Positions 10,696 to 23,500 of a stretch of DNA of 64,000 bases are shown in pieces. Position 1 is the stretch's first letter. Every line of letters starts with the position of its first letter. The DNA lies in IMG/VR virus record IMGVR_UViG_3300042879_006196, positions 186,001 through 250,000 of that record. One strand, given 5' to 3'. Position numbers and translations under genes: made by a program. Under the pieces are notes generated by a model. It made no database searches and was not told where the DNA came from. It was given only the letters and a program-made list of their open reading frames with translations.

Positions 10696-13600
10696 TTTTC
10701 AAGCAAACAAAAATGATGTCAATCTTCTGATTAATGATCAGATTGTGTGTTCGTTTGTTAATTCAAAAATTTTATCAGAAAATACCATTCAATCTGGTGA
10801 AATATCAATCACTTTTGATGTGTCTCAAAATATTATTAATTTCAATTTAGAAAGCAAAAATTTTGAAATTTTATCAATGAAATTTGATTCAATTAAACTT
10901 TTAAAATCAAACAGATACTATTGTGATTTTGGAAATTCTTTAATAGAAATAGATTGTGAAAAAGCTACTTTAATAGCCAATACAAATCTTGTGATAGGTT
11001 TTTCTGGATTTCATAAATTTTCTTACGAAGTAAAAGAGTCATTTTATACATCTAGCTACAGACAACTTTCAGCATCAAGCGATTTAGTTTACAGTAAAGA
11101 AGCCCCTAGTTTTTCAATTACATTTTATAGAGATTTTCAAAACAACAACTTTAGCACTTTGTTTGACTCTTATAAAGACATTCAAATATTGTCGCTTGCT
11201 AATGCAAACTCCACAGAACAACCAAATAGCGCAGTAATTTATGTCAAAATTATATCTTCGAAAATAGATACTTATCCTGCAGTTTCTTTTCCTTTAACAC
11301 CTCAACAGGCAAGCCCAGTTTACACTCTTGCTGTATATTCTGAATATTACACTAATAAAAATAATAAACGTGTTGTACCTATCTATAAACTTTATAACAC
11401 AAACGAAGGAAGTGTATATTTAGCTGAATTTACATTAGAAAATTCTAATTACATTAATTTATTTGATGGAACCAGGCAATTTTTTGTTGAAGTTACAAAG
11501 TTCATTTACAATGGTTATTTGAATGTGAAAACAGAAATTAACGGAGGAACTCAAACAACTTCACCACAATCTAGCATCACTTCTAGTTCATCTACATTAT
11601 CTAGTATTCCATCTCAAAATTGTTGTTTTCAGTTTTACACTGGCTCATTGCCATACTATACCGCAAACTGGAGCAATACAACCTACACTTATGATATAGG
11701 TCGTTTATTGTGTGATTTTTCAATTCCAGAAACAACCACTTATCAAAGCACAAGTTTTGCCACGTCTTCAAACACACTTTTCTATAATGGATCTAATTTT
11801 ATAGGCATCAATGCTAAATATGATTTTTCCAATTTTTCATATAAAAATTATGAATGGATTTCATTATTTTTTGTCTCTTTAGATGATTTAACTAACGCCA
11901 CTATTAATAAAAATCTTTACTATTTAGAGGTACTATATTATTATGTGGAAATAAATCAACCAGATAAATTTGTTTTTTGTATGGACGACGCAAATATAAT
12001 CAATTTTGGGTCAAACTATGGATTACAAGCTTTCTTTGATTTCAATAAATATCTCAGAAAAAATGCAGCTAGTCCAGTTACTTTAAAAACAATTGAAATA
12101 CAATTGCAAAAATCAACTAATGTATTTCCGAATGAGTTTAGGTTATATGATTTTAAGCTATTTACAATTTATTGTGGTGGTCTGCCTAAAAAATATGATA
12201 TTGCTGTTAATGCGTTTGATAAAAATAGCTTAGATGAATTAGAAGCTTTAATCACCAATAGTCCTGCAGATAACAATTTAAATTCTTCTGGGCTTACGCC
12301 TTTCACAAGAAATTTTAATAATGCAACTAATGCTTCATTTACGGCATCAAGCGGACTATGGAAAAACTTAACAGACGGAATTTCTAGAAATTACACATTT
12401 GAATATTGGGTACTCAACAATATTACAGATAACAAAATTTATCAAAACACTTACACAATTGGAGTAAATGCTGATTATATGCTAAGTGCATATTTTTCTT
12501 TGCAATCAGATTCTTCTAGTAGTTCATCTAGTAGCTCATGTGTAGTTTATGGAACAAAAATACACACATCAATAAATGAAACTATTAATGTTGAAAACTT
12601 GAAAGTTGGAGATTACGTATTAGGACTAAATGGTTCAAATAATTTTACAAAATATAAAATTACAAAAATTTCAGAATCTCACTCTGAGCAAATTTATAAA
12701 TTATCTTTTTCTAATAATACATTAGAGTGTTCTGAATCACATTGCGTATTTAGCCCATTAGATTCTGGTTTTAAACAATCGCTTGAACTTAACACAAACA
12801 AAATTTTAAAATGCATTGATAAAAATCATAAAATTGATACAATTGAAATTTTGCCACCTAAAAAAGTAGTGAAACTAGAATTACAAAACAATGGTTGTTA
12901 TTTTGCAAATGGTGTGTTATCTCATTCACAAGATAAACATCCAGATTTTGTTGCTTTTGCTAAAAATCAATATAGAGCGATGAGCAATACTTATGTTGAA
13001 TTTTTGAAATATGGAGATACAACCTGGATCCCACCAAGTGGAATTAATTATTTGAAAATTGAATGTATAGGTGCAGGAGGCTTTTCAAGTTCTACAGCTG
13101 GAGGCGATGGTGGAGACTACTCCATGATTGAGTTTAATAATATATTCCCTGAATTTCCTACATTTGCATCAATTACATTTACAATAGGAGAAAATCCTTA
13201 TGCAATTCCAACATCCTTTATAGCTACATGGGACATAGGTTCTGGTCTTAATCAGTTTTGGGTAGCAGCAAGTTCAGGAGGTGGTATTGGAGGAGATACT
13301 GGCTACTATGGAAGTCCGCCCAATTTAATGTCTTTAGCAAATGGCAAAAGACATTTTGGAGGAAAAGGGGCAACTTTAGATTCTGGCACAGGCTTAGGTG
13401 GGGGTGGCGCAGCTGGCAAAAATGGAAATGGTGAAAGCGGGGGAGATTCTGTTAACTTTAATACTTGGTGGGGTGGTGCTTCAGGGGGAGGAGCATCAAC
13501 TCAAACACAAAGACTTCCTGGAAATCCAGGTGTGGAATACACCGCAAATGCTGGAAAATATGCTGGAGAACAAGCAGGATCTGGTGGAGGCGGAGCAGGT

Positions 13601-14530
13601 CTAATTCAAGGATTATCTTATGGAGGACTTTATGGAGGGGGGCAAGGTAGTTATCCACCATCTGGAATTCCAACGCTAAGCTCATACGGGATCATAATCA
13701 TTACATATAGAATTGGAAGTGAATCTAGTAGCTCTTCATCAACTAAGTCTTCAACTAGCAGTTCAAGCACGTCTGGCTCTACAGGGTCTTCAACTTTTTC
13801 TACACCAAGTAGCTCATCTACAAGTGGCTCATCTACAAGTGGATCATCTACAAGCGGTTCATCTACAAGCGGTTCATCTACAAGCGGTTCATCCACAAGT
13901 AGTTCGCCTCCAAGTAGTTCTTCCAGCTCAAGCTCCGCAACCACGTCTAGTTCTAGTTCAAGTGAGACATCGGTTACATCCCCTAGCACACCTCCAAGCT
14001 CAACCACTAGTTCAGATACTGGATCTTCCACTACTTCAAGTGCAACCAGTAGCATAACAGATTCTGGTTCTGGTTCAATGCCGCCTCCATCTATTCTTGC
14101 ATTAAAATCTGAAAATCAAGTAATGTTTAGTGCTTCAAATAATTATCAAACGCTTTGGAAATATTTAATTTCAAGTGTTTGGAAAAAACCTTTACTTTTT
14201 TCAACCGCAAGCCTTGATTCATTTAATGGCTATGTGTTTGATAATGAATCAAAAATAATGTTCAAATTTATAATTGATATTGAAAGTTATACTGACATTA
14301 TAAACTTTGTTATTATATCTGAAAAAGACAACTTTAATATTGAAAATCAAAATTTCACAACAAAAGATACAATCTCAACAAACAACAAAAATGTAAAAAT
14401 TATATGTTGCCCAAAAAATCCAGAAATTATATTTACACTTCACTCAGAAGAGCCAAACACAATCTATGGTTTTTTTGCCTTGGATGATTCAGAATTAGAT
14501 TCATTCATACTAAATCTTCAAGGTAATTGA
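10685..14530 (+). CDS. Putative virion protein with Hint domain, glycine-rich domain and Ser/Thr-rich tract, 1281 aa
   Basis: Hint CVVYGT..LKVGDYV..CSESH..YFANGVLSHS at 12539-12928; then WIPPSGINYLKIECIGAGG..GGDGG, a glycine-rich domain typical of phage tail proteins; then SSTSG repeats. Confidence 0.8.
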   Translation: MRVNFQANKNDVNLLINDQIVCSFVNSKILSENTIQSGEISITFDVSQNIINFNLESKNFEILSMKFDSIKLLKSNRYYCDFGNSLIEIDCEKATLIANTNLVIGFSGFHKFSYEVKESFYTSSYRQLSASSDLVYSKEAPSFSITFYRDFQNNNFSTLFDSYKDIQILSLANANSTEQPNSAVIYVKIISSKIDTYPAVSFPLTPQQASPVYTLAVYSEYYTNKNNKRVVPIYKLYNTNEGSVYLAEFTLENSNYINLFDGTRQFFVEVTKFIYNGYLNVKTEINGGTQTTSPQSSITSSSSTLSSIPSQNCCFQFYTGSLPYYTANWSNTTYTYDIGRLLCDFSIPETTTYQSTSFATSSNTLFYNGSNFIGINAKYDFSNFSYKNYEWISLFFVSLDDLTNATINKNLYYLEVLYYYVEINQPDKFVFCMDDANIINFGSNYGLQAFFDFNKYLRKNAASPVTLKTIEIQLQKSTNVFPNEFRLYDFKLFTIYCGGLPKKYDIAVNAFDKNSLDELEALITNSPADNNLNSSGLTPFTRNFNNATNASFTASSGLWKNLTDGISRNYTFEYWVLNNITDNKIYQNTYTIGVNADYMLSAYFSLQSDSSSSSSSSSCVVYGTKIHTSINETINVENLKVGDYVLGLNGSNNFTKYKITKISESHSEQIYKLSFSNNTLECSESHCVFSPLDSGFKQSLELNTNKILKCIDKNHKIDTIEILPPKKVVKLELQNNGCYFANGVLSHSQDKHPDFVAFAKNQYRAMSNTYVEFLKYGDTTWIPPSGINYLKIECIGAGGFSSSTAGGDGGDYSMIEFNNIFPEFPTFASITFTIGENPYAIPTSFIATWDIGSGLNQFWVAASSGGGIGGDTGYYGSPPNLMSLANGKRHFGGKGATLDSGTGLGGGGAAGKNGNGESGGDSVNFNTWWGGASGGGASTQTQRLPGNPGVEYTANAGKYAGEQAGSGGGGAGLIQGLSYGGLYGGGQGSYPPSGIPTLSSYGIIIITYRIGSESSSSSSTKSSTSSSSTSGSTGSSTFSTPSSSSTSGSSTSGSSTSGSSTSGSSTSGSSTSSSPPSSSSSSSSATTSSSSSSETSVTSPSTPPSSTTSSDTGSSTTSSATSSITDSGSGSMPPPSILALKSENQVMFSASNNYQTLWKYLISSVWKKPLLFSTASLDSFNGYVFDNESKIMFKFIIDIESYTDIINFVIISEKDNFNIENQNFTTKDTISTNNKNVKIICCPKNPEIIFTLHSEEPNTIYGFFALDDSELDSFILNLQGN
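13814..13903 (+). repeat. Six tandem 15-bp repeats (consensus tcatctacaagYggN) encoding SSTSG
   Basis: Directly visible: tcatctacaagtggc / tcatctacaagtgga / tcatctacaagcggt x3 / tcatccacaagtagt. Confidence 0.95.
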
Positions 14531-14558
14531 TTGAGCAACTAGGAATATTTTTATATCA

Positions 14559-17500
14559 ATGTCGTGGAATTTGCAAATTGTCCCAAAAGGACTCCTATTA
14601 AGTAGATATATTAAAAACGTTATTTTGTTAAATCCAAATAATGTTAAAAATGTCGAGAACAATCCATTGATTCTTGATCAATATCAAACTTATAATGCGG
14701 CAAATAACACAGCAAATATTGTTTTTCAGCTCGCAGTTTATAACACAAATCCACAAAATCAAGCTAGTGAGCCGACAATCACTTCTATAAATTTCATTCA
14801 AATCTCTAACGATCCTTTGTTTAATGAAGTTTATTACTTAATTCCAGCTAAGTTTTCACAAGCCTATAATCTGCAAACTGATTATGAAGTAGACTTAAGC
14901 GCTTACTCATTTACACAAACTGCGTTGCCTGCTTCCCAATCAGTAACTTTCACTGAAAGCAGTGGCACAGGAAATATTTCGATTAAAAACTGGGCTCTTT
15001 CAGGCTCTTCTGGCGCTAAAAAAGTATACTTCAGCATAAATGCCAATTTAAGTGATGGCACAAATGCCACATATCCAGAGGGGCTTGATGTGTATGATGA
15101 AATCATTGTATGTTCAAGTTTTATTTCGTCCCCTGGAGTTCCACAAACTTTAGCTAAATCTAAACAAAATTATTCATCTTCTCCATTATATTTTGAAGCA
15201 GACGTGGCAAGCAATTCTGGAATTAATCAAATTGATGATTATGGAGTTGCATCTTATTTTTGGGATGGATTAATTCTCAAAACCACTGATAATGTTTATA
15301 GAAATAATTATTCACAAGAAAATATTCAATTGTTTAATTCTATTTCGCCAAAAGCATCAAATTTAAATCAAGAAAAACTTCCAGTGGTTTTTTCTACTAC
15401 TTTAACAACAACTAATTGGTCATCTTCTGCATATAAAAAATATATAACAGCAAATGCTTTTACTTTGACAGCTTCTGATAATGTTTATTTCTTTGAATGT
15501 TATGTTAACAATTACTCTAACACATTAAATTATGTTAGTGGGAAGAGTTTTTTTTATGAATTTAATGTTGTAAACAGCACAGGCTCCACTAAGTATTTGA
15601 GACAGCAATTGGTTTTTGATGAACAGTTTAACACATTGGTGATCTATATTTCAATTGATGATACAACATGGTCTAGTGATTCAAGCTATGTCCCTTCTGC
15701 ATTATATAAAACGATCACAATCACAAACCCAGATGTAATTGGTCAAATTACACAATCTGGAAGCTTCATTACATTTATTGAACTTTTAGATTCTGCAAAT
15801 AAAATCTTACAATCTAAAATCATATTCAAGCCTCAAAATTCCACTGATAGTTTTGTGGTATCAGAAACACTTTTCACTTCTAATACTTTTAATTTAGCAA
15901 ATGCCTACGGTGAATTCAGATTCTTTTTACAGAACTCAACATACACTACCGTTCTTGAATCAGTGCAATATGGATTATGCCAGGGGGCAATTTCGGCTGC
16001 AGTAATGCCTAATGATAAAATCATTACAGATTATAGTAGTAAAGTAGAAAATTCGATTTACAATTTCAATGACTCTGCAAAACTTAATACTTGGTTTACA
16101 ATTTCTAACTCTCCAGCCTCAGGTGTTGTTAATACGACAACATCTACTGTGCAGCTTTTTAATAATCAAGAAAATGATGGAATAAATAATTTATCTGCTA
16201 TTGAAATACAATCTTCAGTGCCAACTTTTTCAGTGGATTCCACGCTGATTTCTCGCTTTAGAGTTTCAAGTGCCAATTCTGCTGTATTAAAAACTGCTTA
16301 TTCGTTTGATAGCAATTTAAATTATGAAAATTTTGTTTTTAATGATTTACTCCAAACCTCTAGTGGAGTATATTTACCGCAAAACAACGCATTATATGAA
16401 TACACCACTTCTCTAAGCTGGACTGGATCAAGCAGATTTGATTTAAATGTTTTTAATGTTGGTCTTGGGCAAACTTGTTCAATTACCACAACAAAAACTA
16501 ACAACTTATTTTTCTATTCTCAATCAAACAATAGTGGAACATTAACACCACCAACAATCATTAAAACTGTATCAAATATTTCTAGTACAAATATTTTTAA
16601 TGCTTGGATTAGTACAAATGGCATTTCCACAGCTTTCATTGTTCAAAGTTCTTTATCTGTCAAAAATAAAGGGTTAGTTCCTATTACAATCACTTCATCG
16701 GCAGGATTAAGTACAATTTTACCTGGTCAACCTTTTGTAAATTCAATTTCTACTAATTCTTTGCAACCAACACAAATTATTGTATCTGCTCCTTCAAGTT
16801 CTATATCTAATAGTCTAAATTTCTTATACGATTTTGGCAAGATTGGGACAATCACTGATTTAAGTTTAAAAATTCAGATTGCAACACCACCTGAGTGTCC
16901 ATCTACTTTACCATCCTTCCAATACTCAGTGGAGGTTTCGGACGATTTTATCAATTGGACTTTTGTTTCATCACTCACTGCCACTGATACTTTTTATCCA
17001 TCAACAGGCGATTTGCTGTTGAGTTTTAGTGATATTGATCAAGAAAATGTTAGATATGCAAGAGTGAGATTGTATTATAATATTGCTGTAACTTTTGATC
17101 CAAGAACAATCTATAGATATTCAAGTTTGCAAGGGACAATCTCTTCCTCTTCTTCAATTACAAATACTGGAAAACTCATCTTTGGATTTACTGATACTAG
17201 TGCTAAAAATTCATCTTTAAATCAACTTTACAATCAGCCAACATATTTGAGAAAATATGTGACAAATTCAAGTGTTGTAAATGGAATAATTTTTGATTTC
17301 TCAGAATATTCAACAACAATCGGTGGACCAGTTTATTTAAGTTTACTCACTGAAACTGAAGAAAAAAGATTTTACACAATCGCTAACAATTTCTCATTAA
17401 GCACAGACTATACATTCTCATTTAGTGTGCAGAGGACAAATTCTGATAATGCTTTTCATTTGAAACCATTTTTTACTCTAAGTGGGGGAAATCTAAATGA

Positions 17501-20500
17501 ACTATCATTAAGTCTTGATGATATTCTCACAGAACCTTTAGATACACAATCTCTTACTTTTGGATTTTATCCATTTATATCTTTGATTGGTAATGGCAAC
17601 GCCACTGTATCTTACTCCGTGTTTAGAGGCACTTATAATCATGGGCTAAGTTACCAAAAAGATAAAACATATTTTTCATTGTTATCAAGTGAAAACCCTG
17701 ACTATACTTCTCAGTATGGAAAAAATGTTATTGCTCAAAATACATACGGAATTACCACTTCAGCATTTCCGCAGATAGACACATACTTTTCTAATAACTC
17801 TATAAAGCAATTTAAATACGAAAATGTTACTTTTACAGTTAAAGCAGCATCAACTAGTCCAGTAGGTCTGTATGGACAAACTTATATAGACGGCATATAT
17901 TTAGATTTTTGTGATTATGTTTTGGTTGCTGGTCAAGTTGATAAAACAACAAATGGTGTATATCAAGTTCAAAGCCAAAGATGGGTTAAACAATCTGCAT
18001 TGCCTTCAGGTAGTAATTTATCTGAGCCTACAGTGTTAGTAAGCCAGGGAAATATTTTTGAAAATACACTTTGGATGCTAGATAAAACCTCATCTGAATG
18101 GATTAGCAATGTGATTAGTTGCCCAGTCGTAATTGAGGACAATAATCTTCTTTTCACAGGAGTATCATCTTCTTATAAATATCCACAATATATTAAACTT
18201 GCATGTTCAGTAAATGGAATTGCCAGCCAAAGCACCAGCAACCAAGTACAGATAAAATTGGCGAATTCTCCCACAGAAATTATTCAGGAAACTGATCAGA
18301 TTACACAATGGGTTGGATTATTGCAAAATGGACAACTTTACAATATTCAAGAAAAAAGCAATTCTAATAACACTGTATTTATGAATTTTGGAATTTCAAG
18401 TTCTCAAATTTCAGGAATTACAACAAATAGTTTTCCAGCAGTTTACAATATTTTAACAAGTTATGCTGGTAATTTTGCACCAGCAATATCAAATAATTCA
18501 GATTTTGTTCTTCCAGCTTACGGTTCTGAATATAGAATTTTCAAAAATGCTAGTTTAATTTATCAGCTATTTTCAACCTATGATTCGGTGAGTTTGAGTT
18601 CTTTGTCCACTGCAGTTGTAAACTCTTCAGTGTATGCACTTAATTTTGCAAATCTTAAATCACCACAATCTGGTTATAGTACAGATATATTCATTGATAA
18701 TGTTGCACCAACTATAGGAATTGTTTCTGTTTTAAATGATCAAACAAAATCTGTAACTCTTGGTGTATCCACTGCATTAGACGCTGGGTCTGGTTTATAT
18801 ATAGCAAGAATTGTTCAAAGAAATCCATCCAATGAATTAATATATGGATCTTGGTTTGGTTTTAATACAAACAGTTTTTATGGCTTATCAACCTTTACTG
18901 CATATCCTTCATATGTATCGAATGTAAATGGAATTTCCACTGGAGAACCTCTTTCAGGTTATTATAGATATAGCTTGCAAGTGGCAGACTCTGTAGGAAA
19001 TGTAGCACAAACAAATCAAGTAGAAAGTTTTTATTATGAATCTGCTCTTGTTGACACACAAGGTCCAGGATGTTCTGTTCAGTTTGTCAACTCACAAACA
19101 TTTGAACCGATTTCAATTTCTTCATCTACAATCTTAACTGCTCAGATGTTTGCAACAGACACATTATCTCAGGTCAAAGCTTTTAGATATAGAATTCTAC
19201 CTGATGGAGAATTCGGCAATTGGATTGACTATAATGAATATGCTAACATTTATCTTCCTGAAAATATTTTAGACGGCACACTATCTGTCCAATTTCAGTT
19301 TAAAGATTTTGGCAATAATGTGTTGTATTCAAATTCTACAATCATAAATGATCAAGTTTATGTTTATTCATGGAACATTGTATCAAAACTTATAAACAAT
19401 ACTCTTTTCACTGTCACTGAAGTTACGAAATACAATAATAACTCAGTTCTTTTGATTGGTGCATCTAAGCAAAATGCTGCTACACTTTTTGTGTGGGACA
19501 ACAACAAACTGATTGAATTACAATATTCTGGCTTTACAGGATGTAAAGCTGTTACCGCATTGATAAAAGTGGGAACACAAGTTTTAATTGGAACTGACAA
19601 TGGTTCTATATTCACATACAGAAATGGTGTGGTGGCAGGTCCATTCGCTACTTTGAGTTGGGGCGATACACCTTTGCCAATTTCTAAATTTGAAATTCAC
19701 TCTTACCCAGAAGACAACACAAGTTTTGTTTACGCAACAACATTAAATATTCCAAGAATTTTTAGAACTCCAACTGATAGCTTGAGATCTACTTCTTGGG
19801 AAGTAATTCAACCACCATTTATTTCTCTGGAGAAAATTAATGTATTGAATTCGGGGCTTTGGTCAGGTACACAAATTTCATACACAATCTCATCAAGTTA
19901 TATACCAGCCACATTATCACCAAACTATAGTTATGGTATTTCAAGTGTTATTGTTGCCAGCTCTGGTTCTAATTTACCAAGTGCGCCTACAATTACTGTT
20001 GGTGGACCCATTACAAACCTTGGATTACAGCCAGTAATGCAAGGAAGTATTGGTCAAATTATTTTAATTGCAAGTGGTCAAGGGTATTCGTCTGGAGCCA
20101 CAGTAACAATTGCATCACCAGCAACAGGAGGATCATCAGTACAAGCCACTGGTGTTGCAGTAACAAATTCACTTGGTCAGATTGTGTCGATAGTTTTGAC
20201 TGCTGCAGGCTATGGATATACTGCACAGTACCCAGCTGTAACAATCACAGGAAATTCTGGAAATGGAAGCCAAGCTACCGCTACAGCAATAACACAATTT
20301 GATTCGATTTATTCTGTTACTGTCACTTCAACAGGTATTGCTACAACATCTAACATTACACTGACTACATCAGGTGGCGCGGTTTTAATTCCTACATTCT
20401 TGTATAGAGTGCCATCTATTACATTGACAAGCCCAGGCTTTGGTTATACATCAAGCCCAATTGTTTCAATTAATGGTTTAACAACCTTAGCAAGTTCAGT

Positions 20501-23500
20501 GGCACAATATGGTTCAATACAATCTATCACAGTGAGTGAGCCAGATGTAGAATTTCCAATCACTCTTTCTCCTAGTATATCTTTTATTGGTGGAGCATCC
20601 ACTTCGTTTACCGCTAGTTTATCAACCACATCAATTTCTTTTTCTACAGGTTCGACCGATAGTTTCTTAGGATTTGTATTAAGCTCAGCAAGTATCACAA
20701 CAAGTTCTGTTGGTTTTGGGACTATTCCTCAGATTGTGTTTACAGGAACTGGAACTACAAATATTTTCTTACCACAGCTAGAATATGTTTTATCTGATGA
20801 CATTCTTTTATATACAAAATCTGGTTCAATTTATGATATTAAATCTTTTGATAATAAACTTTTTGTTTCAAGTTCATCAGGCGATATTGTAGAAATTGGT
20901 TATTCAAGCGGAATATTCAGCGCAGAGAGACATAAACTTAATGTCAATAGCAATACTTTTTCTAATATTATTCCTGTTAATTTGGCAAAATATAATGATG
21001 GTATAAGCACTAATCTTTATTTTAGCACAAAAGAAGAGCCTTATATTGGAAAGTTAACAAAAAATCTAAACAGTTTTATTTTTGATTCTTATCGTGATAA
21101 CATTTTACTTTTCAAACCTTTTAATTTTGATATTCTTTCAAACTGGCAACTTAAGAAAATTATCAATGATAATGGTTTTGCAAACGTTTCTTATGGAGAT
21201 TCAAACAATAGTTCTGTTGACATCACAACATTTAATGCTCAAGCTTTTTATGAAACTACAAAAGAGAACACATGGTTCAACAGATGTATTACTAATAATG
21301 ACTATTTAGTGTTGTTTGATTTCCAGGCAGTTATTGGAACACAATCTTTTGAAATTTCAACTTTTAATTCTACACTTAAAGTAGCATTTACAGTTTTAAA
21401 TAACACTCTACAGATTGCTTTTGGAAACAATAACTATTCTACTATTGAAATTGATCTTTCATCTAATTACAATATTTATTTTGCAAAGAGTTCACAAAAT
21501 TTATACATTTACAATGATTCTAACTTAATTTACAGTGAAATAGGATTTTTTGTAACCGTGAGTGCACAACCAGTTATTAAGTTTGGTTACATATTCGAAC
21601 CACAAACTGTTTCAGCCAATGGTGACACTCTGTACATATTTGGTTTACCTTCTAATGCTGAATCTTCACAATTTATTTGGAGACAAATTAAATTCTCATT
21701 TAATAGCAGCACTAATGTATTACCAACTGATTATTATAGTTTAAGTTTACCTTATGTAATGGCTAATTCTAGCTCTGTAAGAGCACTTAGAAATATAAAC
21801 AATAGTTTGTTTGCCGCAACAAAATCAATTTTAGATAGAAGAAGTACAACAAATCTTCCAGATGTTGGCACTAAAGTTTTTAGATTAGATAATGATTACT
21901 GGAGTGATGTTACAGGTAACTTTGATACATATACAGCAAGTGTAAGCACCTCTTATGTAATAACTTCACCAAACGACATTAACGCTTTAGACAATTCGTA
22001 TTTTGTTACAGGTTTGGTTAAATCAATTCCAACAAGACAAGCAGCAAACACAATTATTCTTGGTCTTACATCGAACACAATTTATGAAGAACAAAATGGT
22101 CTTATATTAACAATTATTTACCCATATAATATTGAACCTTCAGGCAAATTCTTGTTTATTTCAAGCACAAATAGTAATGTAACAGTTCCTTCTTCTGTCT
22201 TCTTTAGTTCAAGCGATCAAGTTCAAACTGTTGCTGTGGGAATTGGATCTACATCAGTAAACTCAAATGTCACCTTAACTGTAACTGATGGTGATATTTC
22301 CCAATCTGTTACAGCTAATATTTTGCCAATTGGAATTTCTACTCTTGGATTCAATACAAATCTTTTTGTTGGATATTCTCAAGATTCTGTAATTGCAAAT
22401 ATAAGATTGACATCAGTTCCTAAAACAAACAGAACAATTTTATTATCTAGCAATAATAGTTCAGTGCTGGCAGCACCAACAAATGGAATTGCTACAATTA
22501 CAGCGGGTAATATTGGAATCTTTACTTCATTCTCAGTTGGCACAGCTGTAGCATCTAACACTAGCGTGACTATTGCTGCGTCTTACAGATCAACATTTGG
22601 GATAGCTACAGTTGTTGCATCTCCATTTGTTTTGTCATTAGGCGTAAATACAAATACTTTTGTTGGCAATGAATCCACAAGAAAAGTATTTGTAACATCC
22701 AGCGTTCAAAAATCCCCAATTGGCGTATTAACAGTGAATTACACCTCAAGTAGTAGTGCTATATTAAGTATACAGCCATCCGCTGTAATATCTCCAGCTT
22801 CTTTCAGCACAACTACTCAATTAACAATTGGAAATGCTGTCACTACCAACACTCAAGTCAATTTGACAGGAAGATTTACTGGATCAATTTCCACTGGAAT
22901 TTCTACTGCCACTCCGTTTGTTGTGACTACAGCGACCACTGACTTATCAAGTCCAGTTTTAGGTTTACAAACTTCTAACGTTACATTTACAATTAATACT
23001 ACACCTCTTACTAATGTGTCGGTTAGAAACATTGTGAGTTCACCTTCTTTTGTTAATATGGTGTTCCCTACATTCTCAACAGTCCTTGCTGGTACTTTAT
23101 CTACCACTTTTGCAATATCTACTACAATTCAAACATCAGCAGGATTAGCTATTACAATCAAAGGTGCGCCATTTGGATTCAACACTTCTCCAACTCAAGG
23201 TTTAATACTTTCTTCTGACGTTTGGAAGATTACAGGGTTTTCTATTTCCCCAACTTCAATTGTTGGAAATGGGCTTTTCGCAAATGGCATAGGTCAATCA
23301 TATATTCTAAATGTTTCACTTAATATTGGTTTGCAAACAACAATTCTTATTACATCAAGTACAGGCTTTGTTAGCACAAGAAACATTAATTTCTTGACCA
23401 CAAGCACAGGCTCAGCATCATCTATTGGATATGCCACTGGATTTTCTACTTCTGCAATAACAAACGTAACTATAACAGCCACTGGTCCTAATTCTATATC

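Noticed and set aside
12539-12928. Classical protein-splicing intein or mobile element
   Set aside because: No terminal Asn/Gln (it ends His-Ser), no homing endonuclease, and the host is not a conserved enzyme; treated as a Hint cleavage domain.
13651-14057. Alternative-frame ORFs (134 aa minus, 114 aa plus) over the Ser/Thr tract
   Set aside because: Shadow ORFs produced by the low-complexity 15-bp repeat inside the 1281-aa gene.
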